A stretch of 63,817 nt of DNA, counting the filler, from Reticulomyxa filosa (lineage: Eukaryota > Protista > Foraminifera): the NCBI GenBank assembly GCA_000512085.1. It is 20 parts of 20 records of this genome, joined end to end, with 100 filler letters (N's around TTAATTAATTAA, not from the genome) between each part and the next. Parts side by side here need not be neighbours in the genome. Positions count along the whole stretch, not along the records: positions 10,501 to 16,303 come from ASPP01021750.1; positions 16,404 to 18,464 come from ASPP01020923.1; positions 18,565 to 23,925 come from ASPP01018904.1; positions 24,026 to 26,156 come from ASPP01018181.1; 16 more parts are not named here. One strand, given 5' to 3'. Positions 12,936-26,121 of the stretch are shown piece by piece. The position numbers were made by a program, and so were the translations under genes. The notes under the pieces are model-generated. The model saw nothing but the letters and a program-made list of their open reading frames with translations. It made no database searches and had not been told where the DNA came from. Position 1 is the first letter of the stretch; each line of letters starts with the position of its first letter.

Positions 12936-13559
12936 ACATATATCTATGAAAGTTTTTTTGAATTTACTATTTTATGTTGCAAAAAGGTACAAATAAGAGT
13001 TGCTGGATAAATTTTCAATGATTTGTTTTAAATACAATATTAAGTTTTTGATTTTGATTATTACAGTAATTTGCAAATCTTACAAATTGATGTTACCCAA
13101 AATTCCTCTTTCAATTCATTGTGTTTCATTCTTCACTTGTTTATTAACGAAAACAGTTGACAAACTACATTTATTGAATAATTTTCCAACAAATTATTAG
13201 AGTGTCCTCACTGTATCTTTTTCTAAATGTTAAGTGTTTTTGTAGAAATGTTCGAAAAAAAATACATTGTATCCCTTTTTTCTTCTTGGATTTTTATAGT
13301 TTAGTTCGGCGTACTTCTAAAAAAAATTAATGATAGCATTGGAAGAAAGGTATTTAACAGATGCATAATACATCTTTTATGCATGGACAATAGCGTTGTT
13401 CTCGTGTTACGCAGATTTGCTATTGATCTACGTGCCATTTTTGTTGAAGTAATTTGATTTACAAATTGACGTATCTAGTCTTTGGCATTATGCGTGTGTT
13501 GATTGCTCGATTTGTGCTTAAAATGGATTTTATTCACACAAGCAAAAAAAACAAAAAAA

Positions 13560-16303
13560 TCAAAAGTTTCCACCACGTTGTTTTACAAGCAATTTTTGTT
13601 CATCTTTCAAACCCTTTGTGTTAGTCCAGATGCTATCTTTCATTGATAAACCACTTTGAATACCTATTTTCCAGATATAATTCACCATACTATTCTCAGT
13701 TGCATTAACAATTTTACTATTATCACTGCCCCATAACCGCATTGTTTTATCACCAGAACATGATACCAGTTTTGAACCATCAGATGAGAAGTGAATACAA
13801 TTAATAAGTGCGTTATGTCCTTCTAACACTTGAATTTTTTTTCCTGAAGACGTATCCCATATTCGAATAGTTTTATCTTCTGAGTATGAAATAATTTTAA
13901 AGCCATCCAATGAAAATTTTATTCCCCATATAGCACCAGAATGTCCTTTTAATATTTGAATTTGTTTTCCAGTCAACACATCCCACAGCCGAATTGTTTT
14001 ATCAATTGAACAAGACGCAATTGTAGTGCAGTCTGGAGAAAATTGTATTTCACTTATAATTTTTTCATGTCCTTCTAATAATAAAAGTTGTTTTTCAGAC
14101 GATATATCCCACACTCGAATTGTCTTGTCCCATGAATACGATGCAAATTTAGAGCCATCTGATGAGAGTTTTATTCCATCAATAAAACGCGTATGTCCTT
14201 CAAAAGTTTGAATTTGTTGACCAGATAACACATCCCACAATCTAATTGTACAATCCCATGAACAAGATAAAATTTTATGTCCATCAGGAAAAAATTGTGC
14301 TTCCGTTACAATATCGGAATGTCCACTCAATAATTGAATTTCTCTTCCTGATAATATATCCCAAATTCGAATTGTGCTATCATCTGAACATGACACAAGT
14401 TTGGACCCATTTGATGAAAATTGTACTTTATTCACTCGATCTGAATGTCCTGTCAATAAATGAAGTTGTTTTCCTGACAATACATCCCATATTCGGATTG
14501 TTTTATCTTTTGAATATGATACAATTTTAGAGCCATCTGGTGAAAATAATACTCCATTTACACAATTTGAATGACCTTCAAATACTTGAATTTGTCTTCC
14601 CGATTGTACATCCCACAATCGTACTGTTTTGTCTTTAGAACTTGATAAAATTTTAGAGCAATCAGGAGAAAATTCTACTGTTGTTATAACATCTAGATAT
14701 TCTTCTGATAACTGAATTTTTCTTTCTAAAGATATATCCCATATTCGAATAGTACTGTCACCTGAACATGACAAAATTTTGGATTCCTTTGAAAAAAATT
14801 CCACATTGGTTATTTCGCGTGAATGTCCTTCTAATATTTGAATTTGTTTTCCGGATACATCCCATAGTCGAATTGCACCATCAATTGAGCCAGATACAAT
14901 TCTGGAGCCATCAAATGAAAATTTTGCTGTATACACAGCGCTTGAAGGTCCTTCCAGAACTTGCAGTTGTTTTCCAGACAACAAATTCCATATTCGAACT
15001 GTTTTATCACTTGAATATGATAGTATTTTTGAACCGTCTGGTGATAATTGAATTCCAGTTACACAATCTGTATGTCCTTCCAATTGTTGAGTTTGTTGAC
15101 CTGATAATGCATTCCATATTCGAATAGTTTTATCCTTTGAGTATGATATAATCTTTGATCCATTGGATATGAATTGCACTCCAGTTACCTCATTTTCATG
15201 TCCTTCTAATAACAGAAGTTGTGTTCCATAAAATACATCCCATATTCGGATTGTTTTATCTTTTGAACATGAGACAATTTTAGAATCATCTGGTGAAAAT
15301 TGCACTTTTGTCACCCAATCTGAATGTCCTTCCAATAATTGAATTTGTTTTCCAAAAGATATATCCCATATTCGAACAGTTTTATCCCATGAGCAAGATA
15401 CAATCTTAGAATCACTTAATGAAAAATCTACTGAACTCACAAATTGTGAATGTCCTTTCAACAGTTGAATTTGTTTACCTAATAACGCATCCCATATCCG
15501 AACTGTTTTATCCCATGAACACGACACAAGTTTGGAGCCATCATGTGAAAAATGAACTGCACTTATTGTATTTGAATGTCCTTCTAATACGTGAAGTTGC
15601 TTTCTTGAGGATGTATCCCATATTCGAATTGTTTTATCATCTGAATAAGATACTATTTTTGTTCCGTCAGGTGAAAATTGAATATTCGATACAGAATCTG
15701 TATGTCCTTCTAAATATGCATATTCTCCAAAGTAAATGTTATTCATTGATGCATTTGTGAAATTGACCTTGGTTAAGCAAGCTTGATAAAAATGTACATG
15801 ATCTAAATTTGCATTAGTAAGATTAGTTCCTTCAAGAAATGCACGATCTAAAATTGCATAAGGAATTTTTACATTATTCCAATCTTTGTAGTGCATATTT
15901 ACATTTGCTGAATTGAGTATAGTGATTGCATTTGCTGCTGCAATACTGACATTTTCGTTATTTTTTGATGCTTCAATAATCCGGAACAATCTTGATTTTA
16001 AATTTACAAATACTGCATTTATGTCATGAATTCTCTCTGCAATAGATTGAATAATTCCCAATTCTTCATTTAATAATTTGCGATTGATAGATAATCCTTG
16101 AACATATATTTCAAATTGTTGTTGAAATTGTTGATTATCAACAGTAATAATATTTGGTTTCCATGAGAGAATATCAAATATAATTTTTTGTGAAGCGTAA
16201 TACTCTTGACATGACTTATGTAAAAATTGATATTTATTATCGCCAACTCTTCTTAATACATACTTTGCAATACTATCACCATTGAAATATTGTTCCCAAA
16301 TAT
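13560..16303 (-). CDS. NACHT/STAND-type NLR-like protein: winged-helix motif, pentapeptide repeats and 16 WD40 repeats (5'-partial)
   Basis: The frame is open to the contig end and includes YQFLHKSCQEYYAS (FxHKSxQEY, STAND winged helix), AAANAITILN, pentapeptides (AFLEGTNLTNANLD..ACLTKVNFTNASM), 16 WD40 repeats of about 42 aa and a terminal GL...LVKQRGG cap. Confidence 0.9.
13730..15716 (-). repeat. Tandem ~126-bp WD40-coding repeats (16 units)
   Basis: TCCCATATTCGAA...TTTTATC and TGTCCTTC recur at about 126-nt spacing. Confidence 0.9.
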
Positions 16304-16403
16304 NNNNNNNNNNNNNNNNNNNNNNNNNNNNNNNNNNNNNNNNNNNNTTAATTAATTAANNNNNNNNNNNNNNNNNNNNNNNNNNNNNNNNNNNNNNNNN
16401 NNN

Positions 16404-16449
16404 AAAACAAGAGCACAAGCCACAACAAGACAATGAAAGTAAGCATGCA

Positions 16450-16484
<35 letters not shown>

Positions 16485-16542
16485 TATAAATAATACAACT
16501 GTTATCAATAATGGTGATAGCAATGACAGCCACAGCAATAAC

Positions 16543-16581
<39 letters not shown>

Positions 16582-17926
16582 GTGAATGCAAATAGCCCCA
16601 ATTCTCGAAGCAAAGGTAGAAGTCGTGGCAGCTGCCATTACCCGTGGAAAATCCATATCAAGTATCCACGACAATCATTAGTACCACACATTCCCATTCG
16701 TGAATCCAAATCCAATGACGGCTACTTGGAAATGATTATGTCAGTTTCCGACGCAAATACGTGTATGCTACAGCAATTGAAAGAAAAAATTGTCAATCAT
16801 TTGCAAAATGTTATCCAAGAAAAAAAAAAAAGATTGGAGATGAAAAAATGTCTCCAACCCAAAAAAAAAGACGCCGAAGGTTTTGATCTCTATTTTTTGT
16901 TTCTTACATTGTATAATATATATGTATATTTATATGTATATGTATATGTATTTTTTTTTTTTTGGCAAAAATAAAGGATAAATAAACAAATAAAAAAAAA
17001 AGTTCGGTATCAAATGTCAAAACATTGGAAGAGATGATCGAATGGTGTTTGCAACAAGACAAATTGAACGAAGGGTTAATCATCAATGGCCCAAACAAAT
17101 TTGTATTGTTAAATGAGTGTATGGAACGATTGTTTCCGGAGACACAAACACTTCATGATATTGGTTTTCGTCGACATTTAAGCAATATTTTAATTTTGTC
17201 AACGAATATCAATATTCCGTGGTTTGAGATTGAAATTCGCAGAGCAGCCCTTGATAAGCCATTGCTATTGTTCAACAGTGATTACGAGAGTGAAGGTGAA
17301 AGTACTGTGAACAACGGCAAAACCGGACCAGTGTCGAAAGTCAATGCCAAGTGCAATCCCAATCCCAAAACAAAGAAACCAACACGTTATGAAAAATACT
17401 ACGAACACGATAAAGTTTCAATGCCCAGTCAATCATTAGGGAGCATCTTGAAAGAAGTCACTGTGGGATATCGCAGATCTTGTGTAGAATGTGATCGAAC
17501 TGACGAACAAAAAGAAGAAAAAAGAAAGGAGAGCCGAGAAAGAGAAGAAAGAAAACCGGAATCTAATGGTCATAGTCATAATCATGATCATCATGGTCAT
17601 GGTTGTCATGGCCACGGTCATAGTCATAATAGTTACAGTCATAGCCATGGCCATAATCATGATACTCATCATGTCAGTAATATAAATGACAGGAGCAAAA
17701 ACAAACAAAACACAAACAACAACAGTAGCAACAATAACAATAATAAAAGCAAAAGCGATGATGGCAATGGCAACAATCACAATAATAGTAACCACGACAG
17801 CAATATCTGTGCAAAACGCAAAAAATATCCGCTTCCTAATTTTGACGCAGCTCATCGAGGGTCTTTTCAAAATACCACCCAAATGATGGCTTGTGTTACC
17901 ATTCAGTTCCATTTAACCAAGTTTTG

Positions 17927-17972
<46 letters not shown>

Positions 17973-18396
17973 TTGACAAAAACGGGGGAGAAAGAAGTGC
18001 ATATGACACAAACACGGTCGAAATAGAAAAACGAAGAATTATCATTTTTTTACAGAAAATGGAGATTATTTGCCTTTGGGATATGACTTGGTTGCATTCC
18101 CCGAGTTTGCAAAATGGGTCAATAATGGGAATCCCTCAATGAATCCAATTCCAAGTAGTCAAGACAAGGAACAAGCAGAAGAAAGAAGAGACAATACCAC
18201 TGCTACAGAAAACCGAACGTCCTTCACACCCAAATCAATGATTGTTTATATATTGAAATGTGACTCACAATATCAGTTAAATCAGACAATCATTCCAGTT
18301 TTTCGTGAATTCCATTTGTTCCAAAATGTGTTTTGGTTGCTGACTCAATACGCTCGATTGCAATCTCCAAAGTTTATATATGAAAAACTAGTCTAA
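16404..18396 (+). CDS. Hypothetical protein with Asn-rich and His-rich tracts (multi-exon, 5'-partial)
   Basis: ORFs at 16582, 17025 and 18070 are separated by T/A-run introns; the phase-2 intron 17921-18026 joins HLTK to KTKNYHFFTENGDYLPLG. No family recognised. Confidence 0.6.
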
Positions 18397-21300
18397 TTTT
18401 ATTATGTCGATCTTTTATCCAAAAAAAAAAAAAAAATTTTTTTTTTTTTGTTTTTTTTTTTTTTNNNNNNNNNNNNNNNNNNNNNNNNNNNNNNNNNNNN
18501 NNNNNNNNTTAATTAATTAANNNNNNNNNNNNNNNNNNNNNNNNNNNNNNNNNNNNNNNNNNNNAAAAAAAAAATGGAAATGACAAAAGAAATATTTTCT
18601 TGTATTGAACAATGATCAAAGAGATCCAAAAGTGAGTGGGAGTCTGACTGTTGATCAATTTCAATGAACCTCCTTTGATTTTGTGATTGTTTAATCATTA
18701 TTTTTGGATGGAATGATTAGATGAAATTGTTGATTAATGAATAAAATAATCTTCAGAGTCTCAATAACTATATTAAAACGGATCGATTTTCATAGAGATT
18801 CGCATACAGAAAAGATGGAAAGAAATTCAAATCAATTACTCAATTATTTTAAATAAAATTAACGTGATTAAACGCGTACGACAGTTTGACGTTGCCTTTT
18901 AAACAAAAAAGTTATCTTTTAAATTAAGTTTTCACTTTTGAATATATTGCAAATAGATCTTTTATGATTACCAAGCAAAAGGGAATTTAAAAGGAGCCAC
19001 AATTTTTTTTTGTTCAATACCCTGTTAAATTAAAAATATTCAAAATTACAATTGAAATAACGTTTTTTTTTGTTTCTGTATGATCAATTTTGCCAAATAA
19101 TATTCGTTAGAAATTTGGATATTGCATAAAAACAGACAAATAATGAATAATATATCATATTCAAAGTTATTTGGAATAACATTTTTATAATCAACAGTAA
19201 TTTGTTTTTTTTAACAAATAAAAAATGTGTTGCTCATTTGAAACGATAGATTGAATTATTTGAAGGTTTTTATTCTATCAATTTTTTTACTTTTTTTAAA
19301 AAATTTCTTACCTTTTTTTACTTATACCTTGATATGAATTAATCAAGGGATCGTGTTGATCCAGTAGAACTTTTTGCGAGTTCTGTAATCATTTAGTATT
19401 AATTTTTGATTGAACTTTTATTTTATTAAAAAAAGCAAACAATATTAATATTTAATAAAAGTATCACGAAAGTTGAAAATAATTTCTATCTTTCATAAAT
19501 CAAAGAGTAAAAAATTCTCAATTATGATTGTTTTGTTACTGTTTAACCGCTTCGCGAATTCGCGACTCTAAAAAAAAGCAAATCATTTTTTTTAATCAAC
19601 TAAAATATTTTGATGTAGTTCATTTGTTAGTATAATAGAAAAAAAATGATACAAAAAAACATTTTCTTTCAGTATTGACCTTATTTTCGTAACGTTTGTT
19701 CACTTATTGTTCAGCAAGTTGTTAACGTCCAGCTTTAAACCATTCCAAACATGTTTTCTTATACACAAAAAAGAAATTTACCAACTTTGTAGTATTAGCA
19801 ACGATTAACAAATTTCTTTCCTTTTATTTATGAAAGCAAATGAAACTAGAACTTTTTTTTATCGCGAGTCCTATCAAAAAAATCAGTTCATTTTGATATT
19901 TAAAAAATAACCCAAAACAAAAAAATTAAGCAAGCAAATAGTTATATCAATAACATCATTATTAAACTCTTATTGCTTAAAAAAAAAGGGCGATTTTTAA
20001 ACTAATCAAGCCAAGTGTTTAAATAGCAAATTAAAATTTTTGGTCGTTTGAACATTGCATAGAATCAAGTCACGTAAGGTCGAATAGCTTTATACCTATT
20101 CTGACAATATTCTGCAATGAAAAACATTATTTTTTCATTTATCCATTCTCGCTTTCAAGCATAACTTCACTTACAGTTAGCGTGTCATTGCAAATAAAAT
20201 ATATGAAACAAAAAGACAACTGATTCGCATCCGAAACGATAACATTTGGATGCAGGCAATTCACTTGATATTATGTTGTCAGAGCTATGACATTTTTTTA
20301 AGGATTCAGCTTGTTCAAAAAGAGGATTATTTCTTTTTTAAAAAAAAGCCAATCAAAAACGAAAGATCATTGAAAAGTCAATTGAAGGATTATGAATCCA
20401 AAGATAAATAGCACCATCTCAAATTTGAGTGCACTATCTACAAATACATTGTGTCTAAAATGTCAACACGTCCTTGACATTTTCATAAACGTTGTCGTTT
20501 TCCTTTGATACTTACACAAACGCAATTTAACATCAAATTTTGTTGTAGTAACATCTGTTTCGGCTGATAATCTTGCTAATCATATTTTCACGTTAATAAA
20601 TAGTAATTCTCTTAAAATTAAAAATAAACAAAAAGTAGGTAAGCCCCTATTATAAAAGGCAAAGTTACGAGCCACGGGTGGCTAACCCTCTTCACAAACA
20701 AAAATTCAGGCTCTAGCTTGTTTTAAACTTTTTTTGTTTTGTTGTTATTGTCATTAATTTACTTTCTTTTTATTGAAATTTGTTTTCGGAGCTAAGTTCC
20801 TTCATATTACACTTAATCTCACTAACTGTTACTATATTTGGCACAATATCATTGAACGAAACAAAGACATGTTGACACAAGAACAAGTTGAAAACGATAT
20901 AACAACCGATGTGTTAAGCGAAATTCTAAGTCGTAATGATGTGTTATAGAAATTTGCATATATATGATAACTATGGATAAGCAAGATCAAAGTTATCAAA
21001 AGAAATATCAAATGGACAATAGCAAATGCTAACACAAAACAATTTGGGAAAACTATTCGGAAATACTAGAGTTAGTCAAGATTTGGCGGATGTATATGTA
21101 TTTAATAAAATACAGACTATTATATATCATTAAAACGATAATTAGTGATAATATAAAAGCAAGTCACAATACTAACAAAAAAGTTGGAGCAAAAAGGATA
21201 AAAAGTCGATATTGAAGAAAAAAGTTAATATAACATTGATAATAAATTTGTTACAAAAGTTGAACAAAGAATATTATGCAGTACATATATTGACGGAAAC

Positions 21301-22234
21301 GACATATGTCAGAAAAATTATTATTGTAAAAGATAATATATAAATTTGATAAAGGCAACATGTTAATATTATAATAACACAATAGTTTTTGTTACATTTT
21401 TGATTGTAAGAAAAATATTATAATTATTTTTGCATAATATATTTATTGTATAAATATTCGTCAGTTGAAATATAATAAATGATTACATTACAAAATTTGA
21501 TAGAATTCAACAAAATAATTTCCTTAATTTGCAAAATGTTCTGATATAAAAACTGTGTTATGAACGAAATATAGAATTGTTGTGATTATAGACAAAATTT
21601 CGATAATGACAGTACGAAATCTTGTCATTATGCAAATAAAATTTGTGTTGACATTGGAATTTGATTACGCTATTTAATGAACGCTCAGTCAATAAATATA
21701 TTGATTGAAGCGATATTAGATCAATTAATGCGGTATGGAGTATAATAGTATCAAAAAAATTAAAAACATTTGAATGAACAGAATATGAATTATGCAGTGC
21801 ACATGAACTTTTTGAAGAATATATCAAATTCAGATTTATTTGCGCTAATATTATTAACTTTTAATACATAAGTGAATCTTTGATTTGTCAAAATTTTGAA
21901 AAACGAAAAAACACTGACAAAAAAATTTGAAAAAAGGTTATTTTTATGATAAAATTGTAAATTTTTACAGTATTTATTTCAATAATATTTTTTTGCGGTC
22001 AATAATATTATCTAGTTTTTAAAATGAAAATAATGTTGCGAGATTGCGAATATGCTTCACTAGTGCAAACATATTTGAAATGTTTAATTATGTTAAATAT
22101 AAAGGCAATATTTTTTTGCAACTTGGATTGTATCAGAGACAATGAACACATAGAAAACCTCTGACTAAAAAGAATATGTGCAGTGACTTATAAAAACTGT
22201 TTGTCTGGTAAAAAAAAGTCTCCAATAAAAGCTA

Positions 22235-23910
22235 ATGTCAAATCTCTCTCTTCAAGCTTGTGTTATTTCCTCTGAAGGGTTGCTCATCCTTCCAAATCAA
22301 TTGGTCGTTTTGGATGAAATAAAGGCATCAAAACTTGTTTCGATTCTATTGAAGTCGATTGCGTCCGAGAACCAATCACAAATAGTGCAACACATTATTG
22401 CTTTTGTGCAAATTCAAAACACCAAGGATTCCTCGCAGCCGAAGGAAGAGAGTACAAATGTGTCTCGGGGGTCTGTTCCAGCAAGCTCAATGTATGACAA
22501 AAAGCAAGGACAAGGCGGAGGGGTGGGGGGGGTGGTTAAAAAAGACATTCCTCCCACGATTTTTTTTTTTTTTTTTTTTAAAAAACCAAAACAAAAAAAA
22601 ACGAAATCAATTACTTAACAATCAAAAAAAAAAAAAAAAAACAAAAAATTAAAAAAAGATCATTATCAAAATTTATTCATGTAAAAGGGGAATCGAAAAG
22701 TTCAAACATTGAATTGGAATTGGAGCACGAAGTGGGTACACTGATAGAGCGTCACAAAGTGAAGAAGATAACTTTTGAAATCACGCACGACCTGGTGGTG
22801 CAATCATCCGCGTTTCTGCTATTGCCGACGCTACAAGCGGGGTCGACCAAGCCACACAGCCACCCACCCCAATTGAGTCATACAGCAGCGCCCTTCAGTG
22901 CCCATTTCACCTCTGCTTCACATTCTTCATGGAATCAAGGCATCGTCCATCCCCGATACCAGGCCGCTTCCTTGCGTTCTCGCGTAGCTTCTGTCCCCTC
23001 TAGTAACAACTTTTTTTTTATTTTTTTTATTTTTTTATTTTTTTTATGTTGTTGTTATTATTGTCATTGTTTTTTTTTTTTTTAAAAAAAAAAAAAAATT
23101 ATATTTTAAAAAAAAAAAAAAAGAAAGAGAAAGAGAAGGGGAGAATAATGTCAAAGTTGTGTCTACGTATACACCAAAAAAAAAAATTTTTCTTCCCCCC
23201 TTAATTTTTTTTTATGTGTTTTTTTTTTTTCCCTGCTCCTCAACTTTTTAGGATTTGGAAATGATTACGTACCGGTGACAGAGAAACCAAAAACCCCCGG
23301 GGAAGTGAGCCTTCCGGCTCATTATGAACTTGGTGCGAAAGAGTATGAGTACCTATCCCGACACATGGACCCGCGCTTGAGTGCAGTGGACACAGCCGGA
23401 TTGGAGCGCTATCGGATGGACGACGCGAAGAATATGGACAACCACGAGACATCAATGGACTCGTGCGCGTCGAGTGAAGAGGACAGTGAGTCATTTGCGC
23501 TGTGGAGGTACCATTACAAGCGCTTTTGCCCGCAAGAAAGTCGGATAACGGGACTGCTGAAAGTGACCGAGTTTTCGAGTTTGTATCACGTGTTCAGCGG
23601 GATTTTGATTGTGTTTTTGAGTGGCGTGATGTTGGATGAAATGTTGGAATACGGTGTCATGTTTCGTTTTGAATTATTGCGCTGGAATTTTGGCAAGCCC
23701 GATAAAGTGTTTCTAATTTGGGTTTGTATGTTCGCGTATTCCTTCCTTTTTGTCTTGCTCGTCGACATTTACAAGAACAAGTTTATTGACAAAATTGGAT
23801 GTGGCGCTTATTACGTTTTCCTACTCATCCCTTTTCTCATCTTCCCTCGTTCCATGATCCAACATTTTCAATTGCCCATTGCGTGCAGCTGTATTGTTGT
23901 CAGTGAACAA
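22235..23910 (+). CDS. Sterol O-acyltransferase (SOAT/ACAT, MBOAT family), 5' part
   Basis: KRFCPQESRITGLLKVTEFSSLYHVFSGILIVF...FELLRWNFGKPDKV...LPIACSCIVVSEQ parallels SOAT1 (KIFIARRSLLDELL..IRTIYHMF...FSLLSYAFGK...LPPASRFIIIFEQ). Upstream exons at about 22235-22520 and 22660-23002 are inferred. Confidence 0.85.
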
Positions 23911-24258
23911 GTTGGTTTTTATATANNNNNNNNNNNNNNNNNNNNNNNNNNNNNNNNNNNNNNNNNNNNTTAATTAATTAANNNNNNNNNNNNNNNNNNN
24001 NNNNNNNNNNNNNNNNNNNNNNNNNGGAGGAGGAGGAGGAAATAACCCATTCCAAAAGATTTTCGCCTGTTTTCACAAAAATTAAAATAAAATATTATTG
24101 TCGTTTAAAACAGTTCTAAAAGTTAAACTTTTTTCAAAGTAAAAATTGTTTCAAAAAAATAATAATAATTTTTTTTTCGGAATGAAACCTCTCGTCTTAG
24201 AAAGGAGCAAACATATATTTTTTTTTAAAAAAAAACAGACTGGACATTGAGATTAAAT

Positions 24259-26121
24259 ATGCGTTTGTTTTGGCTACTGATAGCACAACAAATATGGTTT
24301 ATTTTAGTGGGTTCTGGGGACTCAAGCACTTGTCTTCCACCGCTGCTGCGGACTCGTCACGCCAACTTTGAGAAAGGTTGTGGATTATACTGCCACCGAG
24401 ACTTGTGGACATCCATAGACCTAACAAGTGACGAAATAAAAATCGTAAATGGGATATATATGAGCGTGCTATTATTGTCACTCGTATGCAATATAATATT
24501 TCTGATAAATAACATTACTGAACATGTAGAAAAAAGGGAATCCTTTTTCACATCAACGGTGTCTTACGACGCATTATTTTTTTGTAATATAGCCTATTTC
24601 TTAGTGTATATATCATTGTTCATCCCGCACTTGACACATGTATTGATTAATGATCGATACTCCACATTTGTTTGTAATTCTGGCATGTTACAATCAAAGC
24701 CTATTTTTTTTTATATTTTTTTTAATTATTATTATTTGAAAGCAAGACATATAAAATTTTCCCTCTTTTTTTCTTTACACAATATGTATCGATGGTATAT
24801 ACCTTTAAAAAAAAAAAAAAAAAAAAAGTGCACGCAAAAAAAAAAATTGAAGATGAAGACATTGGCAATAAAAATCCGAGTGCGAGTAACAATCAAATTT
24901 GCACTGTCTTTGGAATTATGTTATGTACGGGATATTTGATGGGATTTTATTATATTTTGGTGTTGTGCATAAACCTATGGTTTCGAACCTGGCTGCCATT
25001 GTTTAAATTAGGAGTCCCTAAAAAAGCGATCCATTTGTTTGGATTGTTTTTTATACTGGCGGCCGACATTGTCATCCTTCTGCGTGTTTGTTTGTTTGTT
25101 TACAACACATTGACATTCTAAATTGGCACTAATTTATTCATTTTTTTTTAAAAAAAAAAAATGAATAAATTATTGTTTGACAAGCAAACAAACAAACATG
25201 TAAAACAGGACAGCATTGAGGCATATCAAAATAATGGCATGTGCTTTTTGCGCAATGACATTTGGCTGACAGTGATATTAGTGGTGGGACCGACACTTGC
25301 ACTTGTGGTGATATGTGGATCGACGATGTCGTATTCGCTTCGGATGATGTATTCGGAACTGCAATTAGTTCGCATTTCTCGCTTAGTGGCCAGCGATTTG
25401 TCAAACCTGATCCAACGATTGACGGCATTTACCGTGCTCTGTGTCCTCCCTGCTCTGATCGCACTGTGCTTTGCACTGTCGTTTGTCGCTAATCTGCACT
25501 CCGACACTCACTCTCAACACACGTGGCTGACCTGCGTGCAGACACAACTGTCCTCCAACAATACGCATCTCACGCAAGCCCTTGTCGACCACTGTGTCCA
25601 AAACACACACTCCAATCTTTCTTCCTTCCGTCATTTCTTTGTCTATGCTTTTTTCCCCGTCTTTTTTCTTTGCAAGTTATATACATATATATATATATAT
25701 ATATATACACTCTTTTATATAAAGATGTATATATAAATGTATATACGTAAATCACTCAGCATGTTCCTGAACTTAATCTCCAACTTTTTTTTTTTTTTTT
25801 TTTTTGGAATGGGATTGTGGTGTTTATATCTCCAAATAAGCAATGTCGCGGTGCTGCTGTTGACGTGCCATCGAAGAGCCACCGATCGCTGGAAACGCTT
25901 TTGCTTTGGCACAATGAAAAAGGTGAAAACGGCGATGGGCTTTTCCGACGACAGTAGCGACGACATAGCGGCGCGGCTGGACCACGCGTGGGGCACTTTG
26001 ATAGCAGATGGATACAAGACCATTGCGGTTAAACCGTTGCAGGTGTTGAACACTAATGGACAGACTGCTTTCAATAATATTGGTACTGACACTGACAATA
26101 ATGATGATAATGATAGTAATG

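Noticed and set aside
20640-20700. TATA-like motif plus a small AGCCAC/GTGGCT hairpin as a promoter or origin
   Set aside because: It occurs once, the stem is short and no intact ORF follows.
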